NCBI GenBank assembly: GCA_038247415.1
Contig: JBBRUX010000003.1
Span: 64,001 to 128,000, forward strand
Source: Chitinivibrionales bacterium
GTDB taxonomy: Bacteria; Fibrobacterota; Chitinivibrionia; Chitinivibrionales; WJKA01
Direction of reading: 5' to 3'
DNA: 64,000 nucleotides
Of this stretch, positions 48,945-58,092 are shown in pieces. The notes below the pieces were generated by a model. That model made no database searches and had not been told where the DNA came from. It saw nothing but the letters and a program-made list of their open reading frames with translations. The translations under genes and the position numbers were made by a program. Numbering within the stretch: position 1 is the first letter of the stretch; the number at the start of each line of letters is the position of its first letter.

Positions 48945-50696
48945 TTAAACGTCGGCAAAGAATGGTAAATGGGGGAGAAGGTCGCCAAGAACACGTTTGT
49001 TAAGATTGTGAAGCCATTCGTTGAGTTCTGTTGTAGTAGAAATAGCTTCTATATGAGAAACACTTTCGGCAGCATCTGCAAAGCTTGTTTTGGAGATGAG
49101 TTCTTTGAGTACGGGAATGCATCGTGGAACTACTGAAAATCGCTTAAGTCCCATACCAATCAGCATAATGGTATGGAATGGATTGCCTGCCATTTCACCG
49201 CATATTGAAAGTGGCTTGCCATGATCGTTACTGATTTTTATCGCATTTTTAATAATTTTTAAAAAAGCTGGTTCAATAGGATTATAGAGATAGTTGACTT
49301 TTGCATTATTACGATCCGCTGCACTTAAATACTGGATAAGGTCATTAGTACCAATTGATGCGAAGTCGATATCCTTCATAAAGGTATTCATTTCCAAAAC
49401 AGCAAGCGGAACTTCAAAAAGCACGCCGCATTTAGGCATGGGAACACCTTCTTCTTTGGCTACTTTGGCAATAAATTCACGTGCTTCCTGCCATTCGGTA
49501 ACAGTTGTTACCATAGGGATCATAATCGAAAACGGGCCATTGCCCCCGGCACGCAAAATTGAGGTGAGTTGGGCTTCAAAAATATCTTTACGTTCAAGAA
49601 AAATGCGGATTGCGCGCCATCCCATAAAGGGGTTGTATTCTGCTGGCATTTCAAAAAAATCGGGAACCTTATCGCCACCAATATCCATAAGGCGGATTAC
49701 GGTTGGTTTTTTGCCCATGGTTTGAAGAATTTGCGAATAATATGCAGTCTGGATATCACTGGGTGGAAAACTTTTTCTGTTGGTAAGTAGGTATTCGCTT
49801 CTGACAAGTCCTATGCCATCGGCTCCGTATTCGTTGGCAAGCTCTGCATCTTCGGGCAAAGAGACATTAGCCAAAACACTGATTGCAATGCCGTCGCGTG
49901 TGTAGGCTGGACGGTTCCATTTGGCTTTGAGTTCCTGGAGCTTTTCTTCGGTATGTGATGTTTTTGGGTGGCGGTTTAGTGTGGCAGCCGTTGGTCTAAT
50001 GTAAACTTCACCTTTTGTTGCATCTACAAAAAGCTGGTCTCCGGGATGTATATGCTTGTTGAGATTTGGAATGCCAGAGAGTACTGGAATCGAGTAAGAA
50101 CGTGCCAAGATTGCTGCATGTGAAGTTTTGCCACCGCTTGCTGTTATGACTGCAGCAATTTTAGATTTGTCGTATGAGAGAATATCGGATGGAGTAAACA
50201 TTCTGGAAACAATAAGGACAACCGGTTCCAGAAATGACTTTGCCCTTCCATCGTCCTGATTGATATAGGAGACAAGTTTTTCGCAAATTTCAACCATATC
50301 GGAACTTCGTTCTTTAAAGTACGATGTCCCTGCAGAATCGAATCGCTTGATAAAATCGTTTGAAACCAAGCGAATTGACGTTTCGAGGTCGTAAAGTTTA
50401 GTAGAAATAGTTTCAACAACCTGCCCAATAAAGGCAGGGTCATCGAGGATATGTTCGTAAATATTGAGAATGGAGGCGTCTAGAGCCGTGGAACCATCGG
50501 AATTCGTGAGATAAATGCGGTAGTCCTGCCGCGCACGTTCACGAATCTCGTTAAAACGCATTACCTGATCGCCAACATCTTGACGGGAAATGGTAACACG
50601 GGAAGGTTGCTCAATTGCCCGGCCTACAAAAAAAGCTTTGCCAACGCCCTGCCCTGGGGCTACAGTTATACCAGTGAGTTTTGACGCTTTATTCAT
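48945..50696 (-). CDS. ptsI: Phosphoenolpyruvate-protein phosphotransferase (PTS enzyme I)
   Basis: GGKTSHAAILARS (phospho-His), GIGLVRSE, DIGGDK, NPFMGWRAIR, SIGTNDL, ICGEMAG. Confidence 0.93.
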   Translation of the reverse strand: MNKASKLTGITVAPGQGVGKAFFVGRAIEQPSRVTISRQDVGDQVMRFNEIRERARQDYRIYLTNSDGSTALDASILNIYEHILDDPAFIGQVVETISTKLYDLETSIRLVSNDFIKRFDSAGTSYFKERSSDMVEICEKLVSYINQDDGRAKSFLEPVVLIVSRMFTPSDILSYDKSKIAAVITASGGKTSHAAILARSYSIPVLSGIPNLNKHIHPGDQLFVDATKGEVYIRPTAATLNRHPKTSHTEEKLQELKAKWNRPAYTRDGIAISVLANVSLPEDAELANEYGADGIGLVRSEYLLTNRKSFPPSDIQTAYYSQILQTMGKKPTVIRLMDIGGDKVPDFFEMPAEYNPFMGWRAIRIFLERKDIFEAQLTSILRAGGNGPFSIMIPMVTTVTEWQEAREFIAKVAKEEGVPMPKCGVLFEVPLAVLEMNTFMKDIDFASIGTNDLIQYLSAADRNNAKVNYLYNPIEPAFLKIIKNAIKISNDHGKPLSICGEMAGNPFHTIMLIGMGLKRFSVVPRCIPVLKELISKTSFADAAESVSHIEAISTTTELNEWLHNLNKRVLGDLLPHLPFFADV

Positions 50697-53098
50697 GCGC
50701 GCGTAGCAACTTTCCAGATTGTTCGGGCATATTCTAAAACAGCCGAATCCGCTGAGAATTTGCAGACACATGCCATAAGCTGAATGCTATCCTCTTGCCA
50801 TGAGGCAGTATTTTGCCAAGCTTTGGAAATACCTTCTTGCACACAGATATAGTCGGAAAAATCGAGTAATGTAAAGTATTCGTCGTTGTCTCGTAGTGAA
50901 GCAAGTAAAGGAAATATAGCGTGTCCATCGGGAATCGTGCTCAAATGATTGTCTAGAAATTCGAATATTTCGGAAAGAAGCGGGTTATCCCTGATTATTT
51001 CCCATGGTTTGTAATCGTGATGAGTAGGCATTGCTTGTAAAGTATGGCCAAAAACAAAAGGAAGCGCATTTTGACAAGATTCGGTTATTTCGGTATTGAT
51101 GCCGCTATGACTTGCGATAGGAATTGCGCCATTGATAATAAACTTAACAATGCTCGTTCCACAGGCCTCCATGCCAGGTGTTGCGATTTGTTCGGTTAAA
51201 TCTGCGCCAGGAATAACGACCTCGGCCAAAGACATGCCATAGTCTGGGATGAAAACAATTTTTAGCTTGTTGTTAATGCTTGCATCGTTATTTATTATTG
51301 AAGCAACTACATGGATTAAATGTACTATTTGTTTAGCAAGTCGATCGGACGGGGCTGCTTTTCCGGTAAATATATGAACCCGATCGGGGCTGCTATCGTT
51401 GCCTTGTTTGATGTTGAGATAACGATATAAAATTCCCAAAACATTAAGAACTTGTCGTTTATACGGATGAATCTTTTTGGCTTGAATATCGAAGAGTGCC
51501 TCGGGATTGACATCGAGATTGCAGAGTGTCTTGATTGTTTTGCATAAATGCAATTTTGCTATTTTTTTGACGCGGGAGCACTCGTGTTGAAAGCTAGCAT
51601 CGCGAGCTAGTGGTGCCAGCAAGGAAAGCTTGGAGGCATTAGTGATCCAATCGGTACCAATTGCGTTGCTAATAATAGTGCCCAGATTTGAATTTGCACC
51701 TAGGAGCCAACGCCTATGCATTATGCCATTAGTAACATTTGTAAATTTATTGGTGTTAACAAGCGCAAATTCCGGAAAGATCTTGGTGAGCAGTGCCGTG
51801 GATTGTTCTCGCGAAACACCATTGACAGAAGATGATCCTAATACGGCAAGATGTGCCATGCGTATTCGCTTGACTTCACCTTCTTCGACCAGTGAGAGGG
51901 CTGGAATACAAGCCGTTAGACGCTCGTCGTTGCGTTTGCGTATTGAATCGAGATGTCGTTGATTAATTTCGAAAATAATTTCGATATGACGTGGAAAAAT
52001 TTCGGCAAGTTTATAGATTGGCCATGATTCACAATCATCTTTGCCTACAGCATGACTGGTATACGCAAAAACATTGCGGGTAACGCGCCAAGCGTCATTC
52101 CACTCCATGCCCTCTACATCAACTAAAATTCTTAGAAGTTCGGGAACTGCAATTGCACAACCGCTTCCATTAATTTGAATAACTACTTTGCTATCCAGCG
52201 TAGAAAGATCGGTGTTTTGAGCTTTGAATCGCCGTACAATGTTTTGCAATGTTGCGCTTACAAAGAAAAACTGCTGCTTGAGCCGTTGTTCTGTTCCCCG
52301 AACTACATCTTCGTCGGGAAAAAGCATTCGTGTTACGGTGCTTGATTGAGACTTTTCTTCGCATGCGCGAGTATAATCACCATGGTTTTGATAATCGGGC
52401 AGAAATTTTTCTGAGGCCCGGGCAGACCAGAGTCGTAAGGTGTTGACTGTTTCGCTGTTGAAGCCAGGGATAGGCATGTCATAGGGAATTGCAATGACAT
52501 TTTCTGTGTCTTCCCACATTCGCGGTTTAGCATTATCTCTTTGGCCCGTAACTGTTCCATAAAAATTCACCGTGCAGGCATATTCCGGACGGATAATTTC
52601 CCAAGGGTGTCCTTTGTGAAGCCAATCGTAAGGTGCCTCGGACTGCGCATCTTCTTTAATTTCTTGCCGGAAAGCACCATAATCGTATCGAAGTCCATAC
52701 CCTGTTGCTGCGATGCCCAGAGTTGCAAGCGAATCTTGAAAGCAGGCTGCTATGCGACCCTTTCCACCGTTGCCAAGGTCGAAGTCATCTTCTTGAGCAA
52801 AAATGTCATCGAGCGAAAACCCAAGATCGCGAGCTGTTTCTTGTACACCCTCTAAAAGACCTGCATATATAATGTTGTGTTTAAGGCTTTTTCCAAGAAC
52901 GTATTCCATCGAAAGGTAGTAAACCCTCTTGATATTGGAATCGCGATATCGTTTTTGTGTTTCGATCCATTTGTCGACCATTTCACTGCGAACAGCGTAT
53001 GCCAGGGCCATATATTTATCGTAATTTGTAGCAGTGTCATTATCCTTGGCAAGGAAATAACGGAGGTACCGGTGGTAGGCGAGTTTAATACTTTCCAT
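50693..53098 (-). CDS. glgP: Glycogen/starch phosphorylase family protein (divergent active site)
   Basis: YYLSMEY, LGNGG.GR.AACF, GYGLRYDYG, NTLRLWSA, NVTNGI..RRWL, EACGTSIVKF (PLP Lys retained). Confidence 0.85.
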   Translation of the reverse strand: MESIKLAYHRYLRYFLAKDNDTATNYDKYMALAYAVRSEMVDKWIETQKRYRDSNIKRVYYLSMEYVLGKSLKHNIIYAGLLEGVQETARDLGFSLDDIFAQEDDFDLGNGGKGRIAACFQDSLATLGIAATGYGLRYDYGAFRQEIKEDAQSEAPYDWLHKGHPWEIIRPEYACTVNFYGTVTGQRDNAKPRMWEDTENVIAIPYDMPIPGFNSETVNTLRLWSARASEKFLPDYQNHGDYTRACEEKSQSSTVTRMLFPDEDVVRGTEQRLKQQFFFVSATLQNIVRRFKAQNTDLSTLDSKVVIQINGSGCAIAVPELLRILVDVEGMEWNDAWRVTRNVFAYTSHAVGKDDCESWPIYKLAEIFPRHIEIIFEINQRHLDSIRKRNDERLTACIPALSLVEEGEVKRIRMAHLAVLGSSSVNGVSREQSTALLTKIFPEFALVNTNKFTNVTNGIMHRRWLLGANSNLGTIISNAIGTDWITNASKLSLLAPLARDASFQHECSRVKKIAKLHLCKTIKTLCNLDVNPEALFDIQAKKIHPYKRQVLNVLGILYRYLNIKQGNDSSPDRVHIFTGKAAPSDRLAKQIVHLIHVVASIINNDASINNKLKIVFIPDYGMSLAEVVIPGADLTEQIATPGMEACGTSIVKFIINGAIPIASHSGINTEITESCQNALPFVFGHTLQAMPTHHDYKPWEIIRDNPLLSEIFEFLDNHLSTIPDGHAIFPLLASLRDNDEYFTLLDFSDYICVQEGISKAWQNTASWQEDSIQLMACVCKFSADSAVLEYARTIWKVATRA

Positions 53099-53265
53099 AA
53101 GATTATTGCGACCCAGAAAAAATGGGTACTTTCGCCTTCTAACTGTTGATTGAACTCATATTAAAATAATTCTATATTCTCGGACAATGAAATAGTATTA
53201 AAAAAATCATAATCTTACGAGTAGTTTAATACGCAGTATTGCGATAATAATTGTAGTGCTATATC

Positions 53266-53294
53266 TTGTATTTAGAGGGTATACCTATTATTTT
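53266..53294 (+). promoter_or_regulatory. Sigma-70-type promoter for tRNA-Ser
   Basis: TTGTAT-17 bp-TATTTT. Confidence 0.5.
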
Positions 53295-53312
53295 TACAAT
53301 GTTCTTATTTAT

Positions 53313-53401
53313 GGAGGGGTGGCCGAGTGGCCGAAGGCAACGGTTTGCTAAACCGTCGTACGGTTTACACTGTACCGGAGGTTCAAATCCTCTCCCCTCC
53401 G
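53313..53401 (+). tRNA. tRNA-Ser(GCT), CCA not encoded
   Basis: GGAGGGG/CCCCTCC acceptor; ACGGT-TT GCT AA-ACCGT; long variable arm GTACGG-tttaca-CTGTAC; GGTTCAAATCC. Confidence 0.95.
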
Positions 53402-53441
53402 TTTTTTTTGCTCGACAACGCCCCCCGGGATCACTCACCGT

Positions 53442-53909
53442 ATGTCGGCACGATTTCGCCAATATCTTATCGATGCGTATGTCGGGGTAGGTGTTAACCA
53501 CTCCGGCCGCAAAAAAATTTCCCGTGACCTAGCTATCCAAATTGATGACCAAGACGACAACGATATCCTTGCGTCTTTTTGCACCATTTTCGTAACGGTG
53601 GGCACTAAGAACGGGTTTGAGATTGAACTTTTAGGTCCAATGCCAATCACACTTGAAATTGCCGATTTAGCAGAAATCTATGGGGGTTCTGCGGATGCAA
53701 AAAAAGGGCGGTTGAGTATGAAGCTCACATTGCTTCAGATCGAAGCAGTATCGGATCTTACGGTAAAAATCAGGAAAACTGCTCAATTAGGTCCGAGTGT
53801 TGGAAATCCTCATTGGGATAGAACCTCTGCCCGTACAATTTCTTCTTTACGTCGTTTTGTTAGAGTTGTTCACGAGTATATCCGCAGTCGATCTAAATCT
53901 ATGGGGTAG
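53442..53909 (+). CDS. Hypothetical protein
   Basis: 155-aa ORF directly downstream of tRNA-Ser. Confidence 0.55.
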   Translation: MSARFRQYLIDAYVGVGVNHSGRKKISRDLAIQIDDQDDNDILASFCTIFVTVGTKNGFEIELLGPMPITLEIADLAEIYGGSADAKKGRLSMKLTLLQIEAVSDLTVKIRKTAQLGPSVGNPHWDRTSARTISSLRRFVRVVHEYIRSRSKSMG

Positions 53910-54056
53910 CTCTCGCCGCTGCCCGGCCACTTTAGTGGATACTATCCTGAACATGTGCGGCAATGCGCAGCTTGTTTGCCTCAAGATTTGAAAATTGCTT
54001 GTCGCATATGTCGCTTAGTCGGGCAAGAACTTTGCGATTGACATTTTCTTGATTTT

Positions 54057-55205
54057 CTATAAATTCACCACTACTTTAAACAAGTTGTTCTCTCTGTCAT
54101 CAAAGAAATCAATACTTGGATATGCCTTAAGTGCTCTTCTGATACCGTTACCGAGGCCACGATAAGGCAATAGCTTTGTTGCAAACGAAGCAAGAATAGG
54201 ATTGCGGATATTTGAATTTCCTGATTTAATATTTTGAACCGTCAAATTGTTTGGTAAATGCCCAGGGCTTATTATTTCGACCCTGTTTTCAAATAAGAAT
54301 ACGCGTATCGGAGCAGAAATAAAATAATCTCTATGAATTAAAGCATTAGCAATAAGCTCTTCAAATACAATTATAGGAACAACCATTTCGCCGGTAGAGT
54401 TAATGGTTTTATTTGTTTGGCTATGGCGATTGTTAACTCTAATAAACGAAAGTACCTGCTGAAAAACATCGGAAACCTTACCAGTAATATCTCTGTTGTC
54501 CAAATATTTTTCTTCGTCAATATCCATACCGGGATATGCTACCGCTTTTACAATGAAAGTCGGCAAACGAAAATGTGCTTGTTTTGCAAATAATAATGCA
54601 CCTGCGATGTTTAAATTTGAAGCCTTTGCAAGGTTCATGTTTTCCAGAATAATTTGCAAGGGATTTTCTTGTGTGTCTAATGTTTCACCGTATTCTTTTT
54701 GAAAGAATGCTTCAAAATAGGGCAAGTCAATGTCTGCAATAGTTAAGCCATTAGCGGGTATTTCATCCCCGTGTACTAACCCCGCTGCCTGAAACATTCC
54801 TTGAACTTCTTCTCGGCTTGTAACTCTTCTTTTATCGCTTCCATTTTTGACCCAGATTGCACCTTTATTATCCATGTACGGTTTACTGATGCCATCCGGT
54901 ATTGTTAGAACAATTACTAAACCATCAGGATGTGAAATGTTTTCTGAAATTGGGTTTACTGGTGGCCTAACAGATTGTGTAGAGGCGTTCGATATGAGTT
55001 GGTTAAGCCGACCAATATCATCCTTCGATAAACCTGTAACTTTCCATGTCTTGTCTTCAACTCCTATGATAATTCTACCACCACCAGTATTACTAAATGC
55101 AACAATTTCTGCTGCAAGCGAATCAACCTTATGAAAATTTTCTTTGTATTGGTTCCCACTGTCTTCGCCATGGTTTAATAACTCTATAAGTTCTGAGGTT
55201 TCCAT
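54057..55205 (-). CDS. AlbA_2 (Schlafen-like) domain plus RecG-C/HATPase_c_4 domain protein
   Basis: GEDSGNQYKE...VAFSNTGGGRIIIGVED; EELIANALIHRDY, DRVEI-like ENRVEIISPG, RNPILA, RGLGNGI. Confidence 0.85.
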   Translation of the reverse strand: METSELIELLNHGEDSGNQYKENFHKVDSLAAEIVAFSNTGGGRIIIGVEDKTWKVTGLSKDDIGRLNQLISNASTQSVRPPVNPISENISHPDGLVIVLTIPDGISKPYMDNKGAIWVKNGSDKRRVTSREEVQGMFQAAGLVHGDEIPANGLTIADIDLPYFEAFFQKEYGETLDTQENPLQIILENMNLAKASNLNIAGALLFAKQAHFRLPTFIVKAVAYPGMDIDEEKYLDNRDITGKVSDVFQQVLSFIRVNNRHSQTNKTINSTGEMVVPIIVFEELIANALIHRDYFISAPIRVFLFENRVEIISPGHLPNNLTVQNIKSGNSNIRNPILASFATKLLPYRGLGNGIRRALKAYPSIDFFDDRENNLFKVVVNL

Positions 55206-57840
55206 ATTCCGTATATTTTCTTTCGTTTATTAAATGCGTCTTCTCCGCCTTCCATAATATCTACAATTTCTTTTTGTATGACTGGAGAATCAATGCTACC
55301 CGATTGAATACTAACATTGTCATCTGCATACCTGCATGAATGTATCTGTTCTGCATCCCCTAATACCGGAAAATTTGCATTATGCGTTGCAAACAAAAAT
55401 TGTGTGTGTGGTTTTAATTCCCTGATTAATTTAATAACATCCTCGTAAATTGTTTGATTATCCAAATCATCCTCTGGCTGGTCAACTATTATTACATCGT
55501 TATTTTGTTGATTCAGGACAAACAAGATGAGAGCAGAAGCTCTTTGCCCAAGAGAATGATGTTGTAATTCCTTGCCTCTGTATTTGATAGAAAATTTGTT
55601 TGGCACTTGATACACCAATAATGGTTGTAAGTTCTCGATGAAATACCTTTCAAATGTTTCCGGAGATGAACCCGCTTTAGTTTTCGTGTTTTCAAAATCA
55701 CGATACATTGTTGCAAAATCGGAGTACTCGTTTACGATTGACAACAGAGTTGATTCCCGAAGTGAACTGCCACGGAAAACATTCTTCATAAATGTTAAGA
55801 AGTTTGATTTATCACCCTTAAACTCAGCTTCAATTGTTAATGCTGAATGCTTATTATTAATAAGGTCTAATTGGCTAGTAATAGCCTGAAATTCCTGCTG
55901 CCATAAAGCATTTAATACTGATAAAGATTCAATTAGCTCATTCCTTACAGTGAATTTCTGTGACTTTTGCTTAATCAAAGAATCAAGCATCTGTTGTGCT
56001 GTGGTTATTTTATTCTTTAAGCTAGGATATTCTTCAAGATTGAGAGATAGTGCGCCCTTTTCTTTTAACTCCGCTTCAATTTTTCGTCTTGTCTCCGCAA
56101 ACTCATCGGTAAATGCCTTTTTTGTTTGAGCGAAACCCGAATATTTAGCCTGCAATTGATTAATAATATTCTCAAGAGATTGCTTGTCTATTTTTTGTTT
56201 TTCTAAAATGGCAACAACTTTGGCGTACTCTGAAAAGAATTCCTTAAAAAAGACTGTATTCTGTGCAGAGGCATACGAAGTATGATTTTTTATCATGTCC
56301 TCATATTCGCTGGTGAAATTTACCAGTCCAATTATGAATTCTTCATATCACCGAGAATCTGAATAATTTTTCTGTCATCACTAGTAAAATCTGTCTGTTT
56401 TTTGAATTTTTCTTCAACCCCATATTCAGTAAATTTTTTAAGATTAAACTCGGCATCTTGTTTTTTTTAATTGTATTCCTCAATCTGGTCATCAATGTTA
56501 GCAAGCTTTTGAAATCTAGCAATTACATCTGATACTAATTGTTTTTTTTCTTCAATTTGCCGGCGTATGTCGTAAAGACTTTCCCCTACAAGTTTTTCTA
56601 CCAAATCCTTTTCAAAACCATCGCCACTACTGGAGAGATCTTTTTGACCAAAATAAATAGGATTTTTTATGATAGTCTCCCGTATAGAGATTCCGGGCTG
56701 CAGCTTACCACCAACAAAACATTCGGGATATTCATTTAGTATCCGTTTAATCTGAAAATCGCTACCGTATTGATTGCAAGCCGTGATAACGGCTTTTCCA
56801 CCGCTACCGAGGGTGTGAGCCACTAGTTCATTTTTGTATTTCTTATCGGTAACGTGCTCACCAAATGGGATATCTAATACATAACGGAATACTTCCATTA
56901 TAGAAGATTTCCCACTTCCTCTTATCCCAATTAGTGTGTTCAGTTCCGGCGAAAAATTAATTATCTGACCGTTAAGCGTGCCACCTTCAAAAGAAATACT
57001 TTTAACGTAGGAATGTTTGTAACGATCGGGTTTAGATGATCTAACACGGTTGCTATTATCTGTTAATGCATATCTTACTGCTTCAAAGGTAAAATCACCG
57101 ATTTTTAACCAAGTTTCCTCATCTTTACTGCCAATTTCATCAATAGATTTGCAGTCGGAGCCATCTGCTTCGGCAGGGTACCAATTGCCAAACCATGCTT
57201 GCACTTTTGTTCTGCATGGCCTGTCTATACCATCATGTGTCCTTACCTTTTGGAAGGCAAGTGCTCTGTTTCTAAGCAGCCTGTTTTTAGCCAACTCACC
57301 AATCCTACCGCCATCCAATTCGTTCCATAGGCCGCTGTTTTGTTCTACGTGGGCAAAAACCAAAAAATAATCACGATGGTATCCATCAAGTTTTTTGATA
57401 GTATCAATTAAATTTAAAGAGCTGCGACCATCTTCATTCTCGTATTGCAAAGGTGTTTTGCCTTCAAAGGCAACATTTAAAAATTGAGCGATATAGTCCT
57501 GCCCATCGGCTATCCATTGATCGGAAAAGACAACCAGGGTATGAATGCCATTTGAACCATCGTTTACCGAAAGTTCTATTCCCGGTAGCAAAAAAATCTC
57601 TTCCTTCCGAGCATTCTTTCGCACATTAATAAATTCGTCTTTGTTAAATTTGTTATGGTTACTAATAACACCAACATTGATGGATTGCTCTTTCATTTTT
57701 GCAACATATGAAGTCAAAAATGAATGTGCCTCCCCTTTGTAAATAAATTGCTTATCAGCCTGTGTATGTAGGTGAAAGTCAGCTTTTAATCACGTAGATC
57801 CATGCTTGAAGAGTTCAAAACTGTATGTGTCTACAGACAT
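55184..57840 (-). pseudogene. Disrupted PHP-domain plus ABC/AAA ATPase (TrlF-family / Ppl-like defence protein)
   Basis: ATG 57840 with AAGGAG SD; GST*LKADFHLHT (TGA 57790-57792); SNHN, GSDC, IGIRGSGKS; in-frame TAA 56467-56469; frameshift near 56345; SLGQR and DQPEDDLDN, ATHN in the last fragment. Confidence 0.85.
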
Positions 57841-58092
57841 TGGAACATCTCCTTTTATTTGTTGAGATAAAAATTGTCCATAATTGTCATTTTAAAGAAC
57901 CTTGGCAAATTCGTTTGCACTTAGTACTGTATTATACAATCCAATATCTTACAATGTTCTTTGTGGTCACGATCTTGTGCCTCGTGCCGGTCTGAAGCGA
58001 CTTTTTCGGTGATGCAGCGAAATACTTGGCTCGGGACACCTCTTTCCCCTAAAGCAAGAGAATTCTTATTTGCTGCAGAGCCCATTTGTTTC

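Noticed and set aside
53259..53501. Short ORFs overlapping tRNA genes (also 10539-10721) and many antisense ORFs such as 37759-38331 and 28934-29518
   Set aside because: They overlap well-supported genes and show no motifs; treated as shadow ORFs.
57790..57792. TGA at a conserved Trp position, suggesting TGA=Trp recoding or readthrough
   Set aside because: TGA terminates normal genes here (e.g. 14215-14217 and queA 48069-48071), and the same gene also has a TAA and a frameshift, so it is pseudogenisation.
53313..58090. Island integrated at tRNA-Ser with a duplicated 3' end
   Set aside because: I found no repeat of the tRNA-Ser 3' sequence and no integrase, so boundaries are unsupported.
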